The position numbers and the translations under genes are program-made. From the NCBI GenBank assembly GCA_963664245.1, contig OY760934.1, forward strand, positions 2,876,376 to 2,940,375: a DNA stretch of 64,000 bases, given 5' to 3'. Positions within the stretch are counted from its first letter, which is position 1. Every line of letters begins with the position of its first letter. The notes beneath the pieces were generated by a model. That model did not search any database and was not told the DNA's origin. It saw only the letters and a program-made list of their open reading frames with translations. The stretch comes from Bacteroidales bacterium. GTDB taxonomy: Bacteria > Bacteroidota > Bacteroidia > Bacteroidales > GCA-2711565. Positions 47,669-56,078 of this stretch are shown piece by piece.

Positions 47669-48208
47669 TTAAATTGAAATATTCCTGAAGCTGATTAAAA
47701 GAAAATGGCCCAAGGTATTTCCCAGATGTTTTCGTAAATCAGACAGTGCTCTTCCGATTTGTGTCTTCACGGTGTTTACAGAAATATTTAATTCTTCGGC
47801 TACTTCTCTATACTTCATGCCCTCATAACAGGCAAGTTTAAAAATTCTTTTTCTTTGTTCGGGGAGTTTATTTACGGCCTCGTTAATGATTTTATTCCGT
47901 TCAATCATGCTGATTCGTTCTTCTTGCGAACCTTCTGAAAGCATGCCTTCTTCAATACTCTCGGTTGTAATTTGATTGCGGGATACATGGTTGATGCAAG
48001 AATTGTGTACAGACTGGTAAAGATAGGGGCGTATTTTTTGAATGGAAAGTTCTTCTTTTTTATTCCACAGTGAAGTAAAAAAATCCTGAACAATATCTTC
48101 TGCTACCTCTGTTGATTTTACAATTTTTGTTGCATACAACATCAATTGAGGGTAATATTCCCTGAATAACGCTTCAAACGATTTTTTATCTTTTATGTTG
48201 AAACTCAC
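47669..48208 (-). CDS. ECF-type RNA polymerase sigma-70 factor
   Basis: 179 aa with a GTG start. Region 2 is FEALFREYYPQLMLYATKIV...EDIVQDFF and region 4 is the HTH YEGMKYREVAEELNISVNTVKTQIGRAL. Confidence 0.92.
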   Translation of the reverse strand: MSFNIKDKKSFEALFREYYPQLMLYATKIVKSTEVAEDIVQDFFTSLWNKKEELSIQKIRPYLYQSVHNSCINHVSRNQITTESIEEGMLSEGSQEERISMIERNKIINEAVNKLPEQRKRIFKLACYEGMKYREVAEELNISVNTVKTQIGRALSDLRKHLGNTLGHFLLISFRNISI

Positions 48209-48322
48209 GTGCTTTCTGTTTTCTTCAGAACTGTCTTTTTTTCCCCTGCCAAGATAAAAAATTTTTTTGAACTACTTTGATGGAGTGTTGTTTCTTGTTT
48301 ATTGAGGAGGATTGGATTTGTT

Positions 48323-48905
48323 TTAGTCCCATTTTCTAGGATTATTTTTAATATACTTTCTGATATTATGGAGCGATTTTTTATTCCTGACCACATGATC
48401 GTGAAAGCGGGATTGCCAGCCAAAATCAGGATTTATTTTTCGGGCATTTTTTGTCACAACCGATTTAAATGATCCGATGATGGCGGACAATGTGTTTTTT
48501 TCCTGGTTTTGAAACCGGTTTTGGCCAATTGTTTTGTTATTCTGATTTTCTGTTGTTTTTTTTGTCTTGTCGAGGCAAGGCATTGCAATGCCTTGCCTTT
48601 ACGGTATTATTGCCCCGATCACCGGATTTTGGTTTATCAATTAAGATGATCCCGTATATATGATCCGGCATAATGATATATTCATCCAATGTTATATGTT
48701 GAAAATGTTTGGGGATTTCCAGCCAAAATTCATTGGCCAGGATGCCGATTTCTGATAGTTTCATTTTTTGGTTTACAATTTCCCCGAAATAAAACTCCCG
48801 CCCCTCGGTACATATTGTAATAAAATAGTAAGCATTCCATCCGTAATCCCAGTTTTGCATCCGGGTGGATGTTATCCTGTATTGATCTTTGAATTTAGTT
48901 GCCAA
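48323..48905 (-). pseudogene. REP-associated tyrosine transposase (RAYT / IS200-like Y1 transposase), frameshifted
   Basis: Two ORFs in different frames cover one family. The N-part is NWDYGWNAYYFITICTEGREFYFGEI...IIMPDHIYGIILI (HUH-like region). The C-part is GQNRFQNQEKNTLSAIIGSFKSVVTK...WQSRFHDHVVRN...IRKYIKNNPRKW (catalytic Tyr region). The break is at an A8 run (plus-strand T8 at 48556-48563). The total of 583 nt is 3n+1, so A7 would restore a 193-aa protein. Confidence 0.8.
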
Positions 48906-48974
48906 TTTCCTTATCTTTTTGGAATACCTGTCAAAATAAAAAATGCTGTCGGTAGGAGTATAAAATAATTCTTT

Positions 48975-49953
48975 TTAGCCAGCTTCGATCATTTCACATA
49001 CCATCTTATTGAATCCCGATAAATCTTTTAAACTTAGTTTAAACCACTCACCTCTTATTCGTTTTTTATGAAATTTTCTATGGATTAGTTTTTCAATATT
49101 CTTTTCACACTTCCATGCATGTAGGAGTTTGATCTCTGCTTCTCTTGATTGAAGAGTTCTTTCTCTATATTGAGGATTACAACTTCTTCCAATTTTGTAA
49201 TAACCTGTTTCTGAGTTTAGCATCAAATACAAATAATTCACCCCTTTTTCAATTACAAAATCATCTTCAATTTTTAAGAAAAATTTACAGATTTCAACCC
49301 GATTAAAATCTTTGATTATTTCAACAGGGTGTTTTGTTATAAACTCCAGTGGTGATCCATATATTGATTTAGCTTCATTATATTCAGTAGTTGAAATTGT
49401 TATGAAATTGAATTGTTCTAAAAGTGACCTGTGTTGAAATATAAAAGTCTTAAATGTTATGAATGGATCTAAATGATCGTAAATTTCTGATAGGAAATTG
49501 CAGAATATAAATAATTCTTCATAAAAATGTTTTTCTCTTAATTCTTGAATAAAAATATAACCAGGTTCAAGTTCAGATCGATAGATGTAGTAAAAATCAA
49601 TTTTATAATCAAAATCTTTGTTTGCAGAAACCCCGTAACAATGTTCGCAAAGACCACTTAATACGTTTTTAATTCCAATGGTTTCAGAGGAATCACACAT
49701 ATGATTAATATCCTCTTTAGAAAGTTTGTATATATTTTTTTGATTACTTCTCAAATTTTCACCTCCCCCTCTCCATAAATGGCAGCAGCAAAATAAAGAT
49801 TTCCTTTTCCAAACAATTCGGGCAGAATTTGGTTTCGGTGTTGGTGACAAAACCACAGTGGTAGCATTTCATCATTTTTTCATTTTGGTTGAGTTGAGTC
49901 CGTTCAGCGTCAATGTCGTTCGCAAGTTTGCTTTTCTTTGTTAAAATCTTCAT
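48975..49953 (-). pseudogene. Zn-ribbon / unknown middle region / T5orf172 (MUG113, GIY-YIG-like) domain protein, apparently frameshifted
   Basis: The upstream ORF (49953-49759) has CYHCGFVTNTETKFCPNC and an AAGGAG box 5 nt before its ATG. The downstream frame ends with YLYLMLNSETGYYKIGRSCNPQYRERTLQS...IRGEWFKL (T5orf172 pattern). The frames meet at a G5 run (plus-strand C5 at 49765-49769). The 979 nt are 3n+1, so G4 would give one 325-aa protein. Alternatively these are two genes with an internal restart near 49700. Confidence 0.55.
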
Positions 49954-49965
49954 ATTTTCTCCTTT

Positions 49966-51504
49966 CTATGTTCCCCAGTTTTCGCGGTCGAGGCTACGAA
50001 AATGGATCGCCTCAGCCAGGTGTTCGGTGTTTATATTTTCGCTTTCATCCAGATCGGCAATGGTTCTGGATACTTTTAGAATCCTGTCGTAAGCGCGTGC
50101 CGACAGGTGTAGTTTTTCGATGGCATTCTTCAATAAATTTTTACAGGCTTCGTCAATCTGGCAAAATTCTTTCAGGTTTTTGCTATTCATTTGACTGTTT
50201 GAGTGGATGTTTGGTTGCGTGGCAAACCGATTTTCCTGGATTTTCCTGGCGCAGATTACCCGCTCCCTGATTTTTGCACTTTGTTCGCCGGGCTGGGCAT
50301 CCGATAAATCTTTTACCGGAACGGGTACCACTTCCACGTGAATGTCGATACGGTCGAGTAGCGGGCCAGAAATGCGGTTCAGGTATTTTTGAACCATGCC
50401 GGGTGCGCAAACACATTCCTGTTCGGGATGGTTGTAATATCCGCACGGACAAGGATTCATAGCGGCAATCAGCATAAAGTTGGCCGGGTATTCTACCGTT
50501 ACTTTTGCCCGGGAAATGGTGACTATGCGGTCTTCCATGGGTTGGCGCATTACTTCTAAAACGGAGCGTTTAAATTCGGGGAGTTCATCCAAAAACAACA
50601 CCCCGTTTTGAGCCAGTGTAATTTCGCCGGGTTGAGGATAAGTTCCCCCTCCGACCAAACCAGCATCGCTGATGGTGTGGTGGGGAGATCGGAAGGGGCG
50701 GACTGCGAGCAGCCCGTTATTTTTGTCCAAGTGCCCGGCCACCGAATGGATTTTGGTGGTTTCCAGGGCCTCGTGTAAATTGAGTGGCGGTAAAATGCTG
50801 GGCAATCGCCGGGCCAGCATGGTTTTTCCCGATCCCGGAGGACCAATAAGTATGGCATTGTGACCGCCGGCCGCGGCAATTTCTAAAGCTCGTTTTATAT
50901 TTATTTGTCCTTTAACGTCTGCAAAATCAAATTCGTAATTGTTGAGGTGATGGAAGAATTCTTCGCGGGTGTCCAATTGAGTCGCTTCAATTGTTTGTTC
51001 GCCTTTTAGGAAGGAAGCAACTTCGTTCAGGTTTTCGGCGCCAAGAACTTCCAGATCGTTAACAATGGCTGCTTCCGCGGCATTTTCTTTGGGCAGTATA
51101 AATCCTTTAAAGCCTTGCTCACGGGCGGCAATGGCAATGGGAAGTGCCCCCTTGATGGGGTTCAAACCACCGTCTAACGAAAGCTCTCCCATGATGAGGT
51201 AATCTTCCAGCGGTTCCAGCGGAATTTGTTTGGTAGCTGCAAGAATGCCCAGGGCAATGGGCAGGTCAAAGGCCGAACCTTCTTTGCGGATATCGGCGGG
51301 TGCCAGGTTCACCACGATTTTCTTTTTTGGATACGAAAACCCGAGATTGGTTAAGGCTGCCTGGATGCGATGCTGGCTTTCTTTAACGGCACTATCGGGC
51401 AAACCAACAATGAAAAAGTTGATGCCTTTGGCATAATCAACCTCAATAGTGATGGTGATGGCTTCGATGCCGATAATCGTGCTTCCGTAGGTTTTTGCTA
51501 ACAT
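49966..51504 (-). CDS. comM: YifB/ComM family Mg-chelatase-like AAA+ ATPase
   Basis: 512 aa with an N-terminal Lon-protease-like domain, Walker A GPPGSGKTMLA, LFLDELPEF and a C-terminal Mg-chelatase subunit ChlI-like region. The gene is intact. Confidence 0.95.
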   Translation of the reverse strand: MLAKTYGSTIIGIEAITITIEVDYAKGINFFIVGLPDSAVKESQHRIQAALTNLGFSYPKKKIVVNLAPADIRKEGSAFDLPIALGILAATKQIPLEPLEDYLIMGELSLDGGLNPIKGALPIAIAAREQGFKGFILPKENAAEAAIVNDLEVLGAENLNEVASFLKGEQTIEATQLDTREEFFHHLNNYEFDFADVKGQINIKRALEIAAAGGHNAILIGPPGSGKTMLARRLPSILPPLNLHEALETTKIHSVAGHLDKNNGLLAVRPFRSPHHTISDAGLVGGGTYPQPGEITLAQNGVLFLDELPEFKRSVLEVMRQPMEDRIVTISRAKVTVEYPANFMLIAAMNPCPCGYYNHPEQECVCAPGMVQKYLNRISGPLLDRIDIHVEVVPVPVKDLSDAQPGEQSAKIRERVICARKIQENRFATQPNIHSNSQMNSKNLKEFCQIDEACKNLLKNAIEKLHLSARAYDRILKVSRTIADLDESENINTEHLAEAIHFRSLDRENWGT

Positions 51505-51561
51505 TTGGTAAAAGCTATAAAGCTTAATACCAAAAACCGGAAATTGTCTCGCTAAATGCGA

Positions 51562-52563
51562 TTAATTTTGTTTGGGCTTGTAGCCCGATGCTTTCAGGAT
51601 TTTTTTGGCATCGTTTTCTTTCAGCAATTCTTGCAAAGAAATTTCGGGATTATTATCCATGTATGCCCGGATAATTTGCCATCCCACCCAGTTACCGATG
51701 CCGGCCGGGGCATCTTTCGAAAAGGCATGGGTGAAGGGCCCATCGTTGATAAATTTCCGGGTGAGTTCGTAATTGGCTGAGTATAAAATTTGCTTATCGA
51801 TGAAGAACCCCCAAATGTTGCGTTCATTTTGCTTGCACCATTGCAGTTGCTTTTCGGTGAACCCGATTTTTAAATGGTCGGCTTTTTCAGGCAGCATGGC
51901 ATCGATAAAGTATAAGCTTTTGGCATTTTGGATGATCTCATCCAGAAAGTTTTTTGGGGCAAAATTGTGATCGAGAAAAAGCAAGGAGAGTTCTTTCATG
52001 CAGTCTGCCGATATCCGTTCACCAACCATGCGGCGCGATTTATAAGCCGGAATGCCGTACTTTTTGTAATCCGGGTAGTTTTCACCCAGATATAAATCCA
52101 GACCGATAATCATGGCCCGTTCCGAAATTTGAATCGGTTGTTCAAACAAAAATCCGGAAAGGTAAGTGTAAACTTCCGGAACCTTTGCTTCGGGAAAATA
52201 GTGAAGGTAATATTGAAAAGCTTTTTTTAATTCTTTGGTAAGGAAGCCGAGATCGTTGTATTTCTCCTGTATATCGCGGTTCACACGGATCAACGAAGTA
52301 TCGGAAATATAATTAAAAAGTGGAACGGTGTTGTTTTTTGTTAGTTCTTCGCTTCCCAGGAAAACCTCGTATTTGTGCTGGATGGCTTTTAGTCCTTCCA
52401 AAAAATGATTGCGGTCAATGGCAAACAAATCTTTTTCGTAGCGTTCAATGGTGAAGCCGGGAATGTTTATGCCGGAAACGTCAACATTTAATTTGCGTTC
52501 CGAACCGGAACCACAAGCGGAGAGGATGAAAATGACAACAAAAATGGAAACAATTTTTCTCAT
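51562..52563 (-). CDS. gldB: GldB-like gliding-motility-associated lipoprotein (tentative)
   Basis: 333 aa with lipobox ILSAC. Its size, lipoprotein nature, N-terminal pattern (VDVSGINIPGFTIERYEKDLF) and neighbourhood with nadE match my recollection of Flavobacterium GldB. This has not been verified by search. Confidence 0.5.
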   Translation of the reverse strand: MRKIVSIFVVIFILSACGSGSERKLNVDVSGINIPGFTIERYEKDLFAIDRNHFLEGLKAIQHKYEVFLGSEELTKNNTVPLFNYISDTSLIRVNRDIQEKYNDLGFLTKELKKAFQYYLHYFPEAKVPEVYTYLSGFLFEQPIQISERAMIIGLDLYLGENYPDYKKYGIPAYKSRRMVGERISADCMKELSLLFLDHNFAPKNFLDEIIQNAKSLYFIDAMLPEKADHLKIGFTEKQLQWCKQNERNIWGFFIDKQILYSANYELTRKFINDGPFTHAFSKDAPAGIGNWVGWQIIRAYMDNNPEISLQELLKENDAKKILKASGYKPKQN

Positions 52564-52630
52564 GCTGTAAAAATAAAAAAATGCCGGATGATTTCACCCG
52601 ACATTATAGCGTATATTTTTTGATTTTATT

Positions 52631-53269
52631 TTATAAAATTTTCAATCCGAGGGTTACGTTAAACCCGCTGGTTTTTGAACTGAACTCGAAATTTTCGCCG
52701 AGAATATCCACGTTGCTGATTACGTTGTTGATCCCGAAATTGTAACGGATATCAAGAGTTGCCTTCAAAAAGTCAATGCCGGCTCCTACCTGAAAGCTCC
52801 AAACAGTATCTTCCACATCCTCGTCGGTGATGGCAATGGTTCCGCCGTCAATTTTATTTTCAACTTCTGTTTTTGTAACAAAAGAAGCTGTTGGCCCGGC
52901 CATTACCCTAAAATTAAAAGCTTTGAAGTCGATCACTTTTATCCCAACCAATACGGGTACCTGTATGGTTCTCATTTTTACTTCTTGTTCAAAAACAATA
53001 GTGCTGCTGCCAATGGTAATCGGGTTTAAATCGGAACTTTTGTAAATAGTTCCCTGGCTCACCCAATTAATTTCGGGTTGGACGTATATTTTTTTTCCGA
53101 TTCTGAGAAAAGCTCCAAATTGAAAATTATTTCTCAAATCCGATTCAATATCATTTCGGTCTAAACTAAGTTTGGTTGAATTATACCCGATTTTAGGGCC
53201 AAAATTTATCTGTGCCAAACAAATTGCGCCAAATGACATAAAAAGCAGCAGTAAAAAAACTTTTTTCAT
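52631..53269 (-). CDS. Small outer-membrane beta-barrel protein (porin family / PorT-like)
   Basis: 212 aa with a signal peptide ending CLAQ, alternating amphipathic strands and a terminal strand FNVTLGLKIL. Confidence 0.75.
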   Translation of the reverse strand: MKKVFLLLLFMSFGAICLAQINFGPKIGYNSTKLSLDRNDIESDLRNNFQFGAFLRIGKKIYVQPEINWVSQGTIYKSSDLNPITIGSSTIVFEQEVKMRTIQVPVLVGIKVIDFKAFNFRVMAGPTASFVTKTEVENKIDGGTIAITDEDVEDTVWSFQVGAGIDFLKATLDIRYNFGINNVISNVDILGENFEFSSKTSGFNVTLGLKIL

Positions 53270-53459
53270 AATAAAAGAATAATATTTTTGAGTTATTAGA
53301 AATAATAGGCTGTGCCAAAGTTATGCGGGCAAATATATGAAAATATATAGCTTAACTTTGATTTATCAACAGCTTTTGTTTAACATCTTTTTTATTTCCG
53401 CGTATGCGATAAAATCAATACAAATAATTTTAAGATATAATTTTAAATCGAAAGTAATT

Positions 53460-54161
53460 ATGAAAAAAGTATTTATAATCAGTATTTTATCAATTTTAGT
53501 TTTGGGTTCGAGTGCCTTTGCTCAACAAAAACCATTTGTTTTTGGGTTTAAAGTGGCGCCAAACATAGGCTGGATGCACCCGAGTACGGACGATTACGAA
53601 AGAAACGGAGCGAAACTTGGCTTTTCCTGGGGATTCTTGGCCGAGTTTTATTTAATGGAAAATTATTCGATCAATTCCGGCGTTGACATTTCTTTCTTAA
53701 ACGCTACATTGAAGTACCAGGATGACATCCCGGAATATGGCAATCAAATCCAGGGTTATGAAGGTGTTGGAGAATTACGGAGAACCTATAATTTCAAATA
53801 CATCAAAGTTCCGTTTACCCTGAAAATGAAAACCAATGAGTACGCCAATAAAAGCTTTTTCGGAACCTTTGGTTTCGGATTTAATTTTTTGATTGCCGGA
53901 AAAGCAAAAGATGAGTTTATTGTAGGAACCGAAAAAATTACGGACGACCGGGATATTAAAGGCGATTTGAAAGGTTTCAGAACCTCGTTAATCATTGGTG
54001 TTGGAGCCGAGTTCGACATTCAGGGACCTACCAAACTAATAGCTGGGATCAACTTTGACAATGGATTTACCGATGTGTTGAAAAATCAAAATAACCATAC
54101 GGGTGATCAACACAAATCAATTAATAACTTTGTGGAGTTTTATATCGGTATTTTATTTTAA
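53460..54161 (+). CDS. Small outer-membrane beta-barrel protein (porin family / PorT-like)
   Basis: Start taken at ATG 53460 (MKKVFIISILSILVLGSSAFAQQ signal peptide) rather than the ORF-track start at 53337. It has a beta-strand pattern and the terminal strand FVEFYIGILF. Confidence 0.75.
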   Translation: MKKVFIISILSILVLGSSAFAQQKPFVFGFKVAPNIGWMHPSTDDYERNGAKLGFSWGFLAEFYLMENYSINSGVDISFLNATLKYQDDIPEYGNQIQGYEGVGELRRTYNFKYIKVPFTLKMKTNEYANKSFFGTFGFGFNFLIAGKAKDEFIVGTEKITDDRDIKGDLKGFRTSLIIGVGAEFDIQGPTKLIAGINFDNGFTDVLKNQNNHTGDQHKSINNFVEFYIGILF

Positions 54162-54176
54162 TCTGGAGGAATAACC

Positions 54177-55808
54177 TTGAAAATAGCAATAGCCCAACTG
54201 AACTACCACATCGGAAATTTTGATCGGAATTTTGAAAAAATCAGCCAGGCTATTGACGATGCCAAGAAACAAAGAGCCGATCTGGTTCTTTTTGCCGAGT
54301 TGGCTATTTCGGGTTATCCGCCCCGCGATTTCTTAGAGTTTGACGATTTTATTGAGAAGTGCTGGAATACGCTGGAGAAGATTTTACCGCTGACCAAAGG
54401 CCTTGGTGTTGTCATTGGTTTGCCGACCAAGAATCCTGAGTTTGATGGGAAGGATTTATTTAATTCGGCGGTTTTCTTGGCTGACGGGGAAGTGGTTTCG
54501 GAACACCACAAAGCCCTGCTCCCGAACTACGATATTTTTGATGAATACCGTTATTTTGAACCCAACCACAATTTTGAAATTGTTGCGTTCAGAGGAAAGA
54601 AATTAGCCATTACTATTTGCGAAGATTTATGGAACCTGGGCAACCATCCTTTGTACAAGATCAACCCCATGGATGAGTTGATGAAGCTTGAACCGGATGT
54701 GATGATAAATATTGCCGCTTCCCCGTTTCATTACGATCAGGCCAAAACCCGTAAAGAAATTTTGCTGGCGAATGTTGAAAAATACAAGCTGCCCCTTTTC
54801 TATGTGAACCATGTTGGTGCCCAAACCGAATTATTGTTTGATGGCGGTTCGTTGGTGATGAACGCAAAGGCGAAGATTGTGGAAGAACTCAGGTATTTTG
54901 AAGAAGATTTAAAAGTGTTTGAACTGGATCAACTGGAGGCTTGTCAGGCAAACGTCAAGCAGCCTTCAAAAATTGAGCTGATCCACGACGGATTGGTAAT
55001 GGGCGTGAAAAATTATTTTCAAAAACTTGGGTTTACAAAAGCTATTCTGGGTTTGTCCGGAGGAATTGATTCGGCGGTTACGGCCGTGATTGCAGCCGAA
55101 GCCCTGGGTGCCGAAAACGTTCGCTGCGTGCTGATGCCTTCCGAGTTCTCATCCGATCATTCTATTAAAGATGCCGAAGATTTGGCCCAGAACCTGGGCA
55201 GTCCGTACGAAGTGGTTCCTATCAAAAACTCATTTGAGAGCATCCGTGAAACCCTGAAGGTTCAATTTGAAGAAACCCGTTTTGATTTGACCGAAGAAAA
55301 CATCCAGGCACGGATACGCGGGGTCATACTGATGGCTCTTTCTAATAAATTCGGTTATATTTTGTTGAACACTTCCAATAAAAGCGAAGCTGCCGTGGGG
55401 TATGGAACCTTGTATGGCGACATGAACGGTGGGCTATCGGTTTTAGGCGATGTGTACAAAACCGAGGTTTTTGATTTGGCGAGGTACATCAACCGCGAAA
55501 AAGAAATTATTCCGCTTAATACCATTGTAAAACCTCCTTCGGCCGAGCTGCGCCCCGACCAGAAAGATTCCGATTCCTTACCCGAATACGACATTCTGGA
55601 TGAAATTCTTTATCAGTATATTGAAAAAAGAAAAGGCCCAAAAGATTTGATTCTTATGGGCTTTGAAGAGTCTTTGGTTCAACGGATATTAAAATTGGTA
55701 AATACCAACGAATATAAACGCTACCAGACCCCCCCGATTTTGCGTGTATCTCCAAAAGCTTTTGGGATGGGCCGGAGGATGCCTATTGTAGCACGCTATC
55801 TCTCCTGA
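54177..55808 (+). CDS. nadE: Glutamine-dependent NAD+ synthetase
   Basis: 543 aa with a TTG start. An N-terminal nitrilase-type glutaminase domain (catalytic Cys in AITICEDLW) precedes the C-terminal NAD synthetase PP-loop GLSGGIDSAV. Confidence 0.95.
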   Translation: MKIAIAQLNYHIGNFDRNFEKISQAIDDAKKQRADLVLFAELAISGYPPRDFLEFDDFIEKCWNTLEKILPLTKGLGVVIGLPTKNPEFDGKDLFNSAVFLADGEVVSEHHKALLPNYDIFDEYRYFEPNHNFEIVAFRGKKLAITICEDLWNLGNHPLYKINPMDELMKLEPDVMINIAASPFHYDQAKTRKEILLANVEKYKLPLFYVNHVGAQTELLFDGGSLVMNAKAKIVEELRYFEEDLKVFELDQLEACQANVKQPSKIELIHDGLVMGVKNYFQKLGFTKAILGLSGGIDSAVTAVIAAEALGAENVRCVLMPSEFSSDHSIKDAEDLAQNLGSPYEVVPIKNSFESIRETLKVQFEETRFDLTEENIQARIRGVILMALSNKFGYILLNTSNKSEAAVGYGTLYGDMNGGLSVLGDVYKTEVFDLARYINREKEIIPLNTIVKPPSAELRPDQKDSDSLPEYDILDEILYQYIEKRKGPKDLILMGFEESLVQRILKLVNTNEYKRYQTPPILRVSPKAFGMGRRMPIVARYLS

Positions 55809-56054
55809 TTATAAGTTTACTGCTTCTACCGATTTTATTTCGGGAATGGCTTTTCTTACAGCCGTTTCAACACCGTTTTTAAGGGTCATTGTGCTGTATG
55901 GGCATGATCCGCAGGCTCCTTGTAATTCTACGTTTACCACGTTTTCGTCGGTGATCTCAATAAATTTAATGTCGCCGCCGTCTTGCTGTAAATAAGGCCT
56001 GATTTGTTCTATAACGTTTTCTACCTTTTTTTGTAATTCTTCTTTGTTTACCAT
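55809..56054 (-). CDS. NifU C-terminal-domain (Nfu-type) Fe-S cluster carrier protein
   Basis: 81 aa with QQDGGDIKFIEI and the CxxC motif GACGSCPYS. Confidence 0.9.
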   Translation of the reverse strand: MVNKEELQKKVENVIEQIRPYLQQDGGDIKFIEITDENVVNVELQGACGSCPYSTMTLKNGVETAVRKAIPEIKSVEAVNL

Positions 56055-56078
56055 CTCTATATACTTTAAAATTATCGC

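Noticed and set aside
48205-48423. 72-aa minus-strand ORF overlapping the RAYT 3' end
   Set aside because: It is an alternative frame of the conserved RAYT C-terminal region (WQSRFHDH...YIKNNP) and has no features of its own.
49759-49856. N-terminus MVLSPTPKPNSARIVWKRKSLFCCCHLWRGG of the 293-aa ORF as a genuine start
   Set aside because: This segment is the Zn-ribbon ORF read out of frame. The in-frame Zn-ribbon reading (CxxC-x10-CxxC, preceded by AAGGAG) is far more protein-like.
49954-50010. comM as a classical genomic-island integration target with att direct repeats
   Set aside because: comM is intact at 512 aa. I found no repeat of 10 nt or more shared between its 3' end and the other islet borders (48209-48322, 48906-48974).
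53337-53459. Upstream extension of the beta-barrel ORF (MKIYSLTLIYQQ...)
   Set aside because: A canonical signal peptide (MKKVFIISILSILVLGSSAFAQQ) begins at 53460. The extension lies in the AT-rich divergent promoter region.
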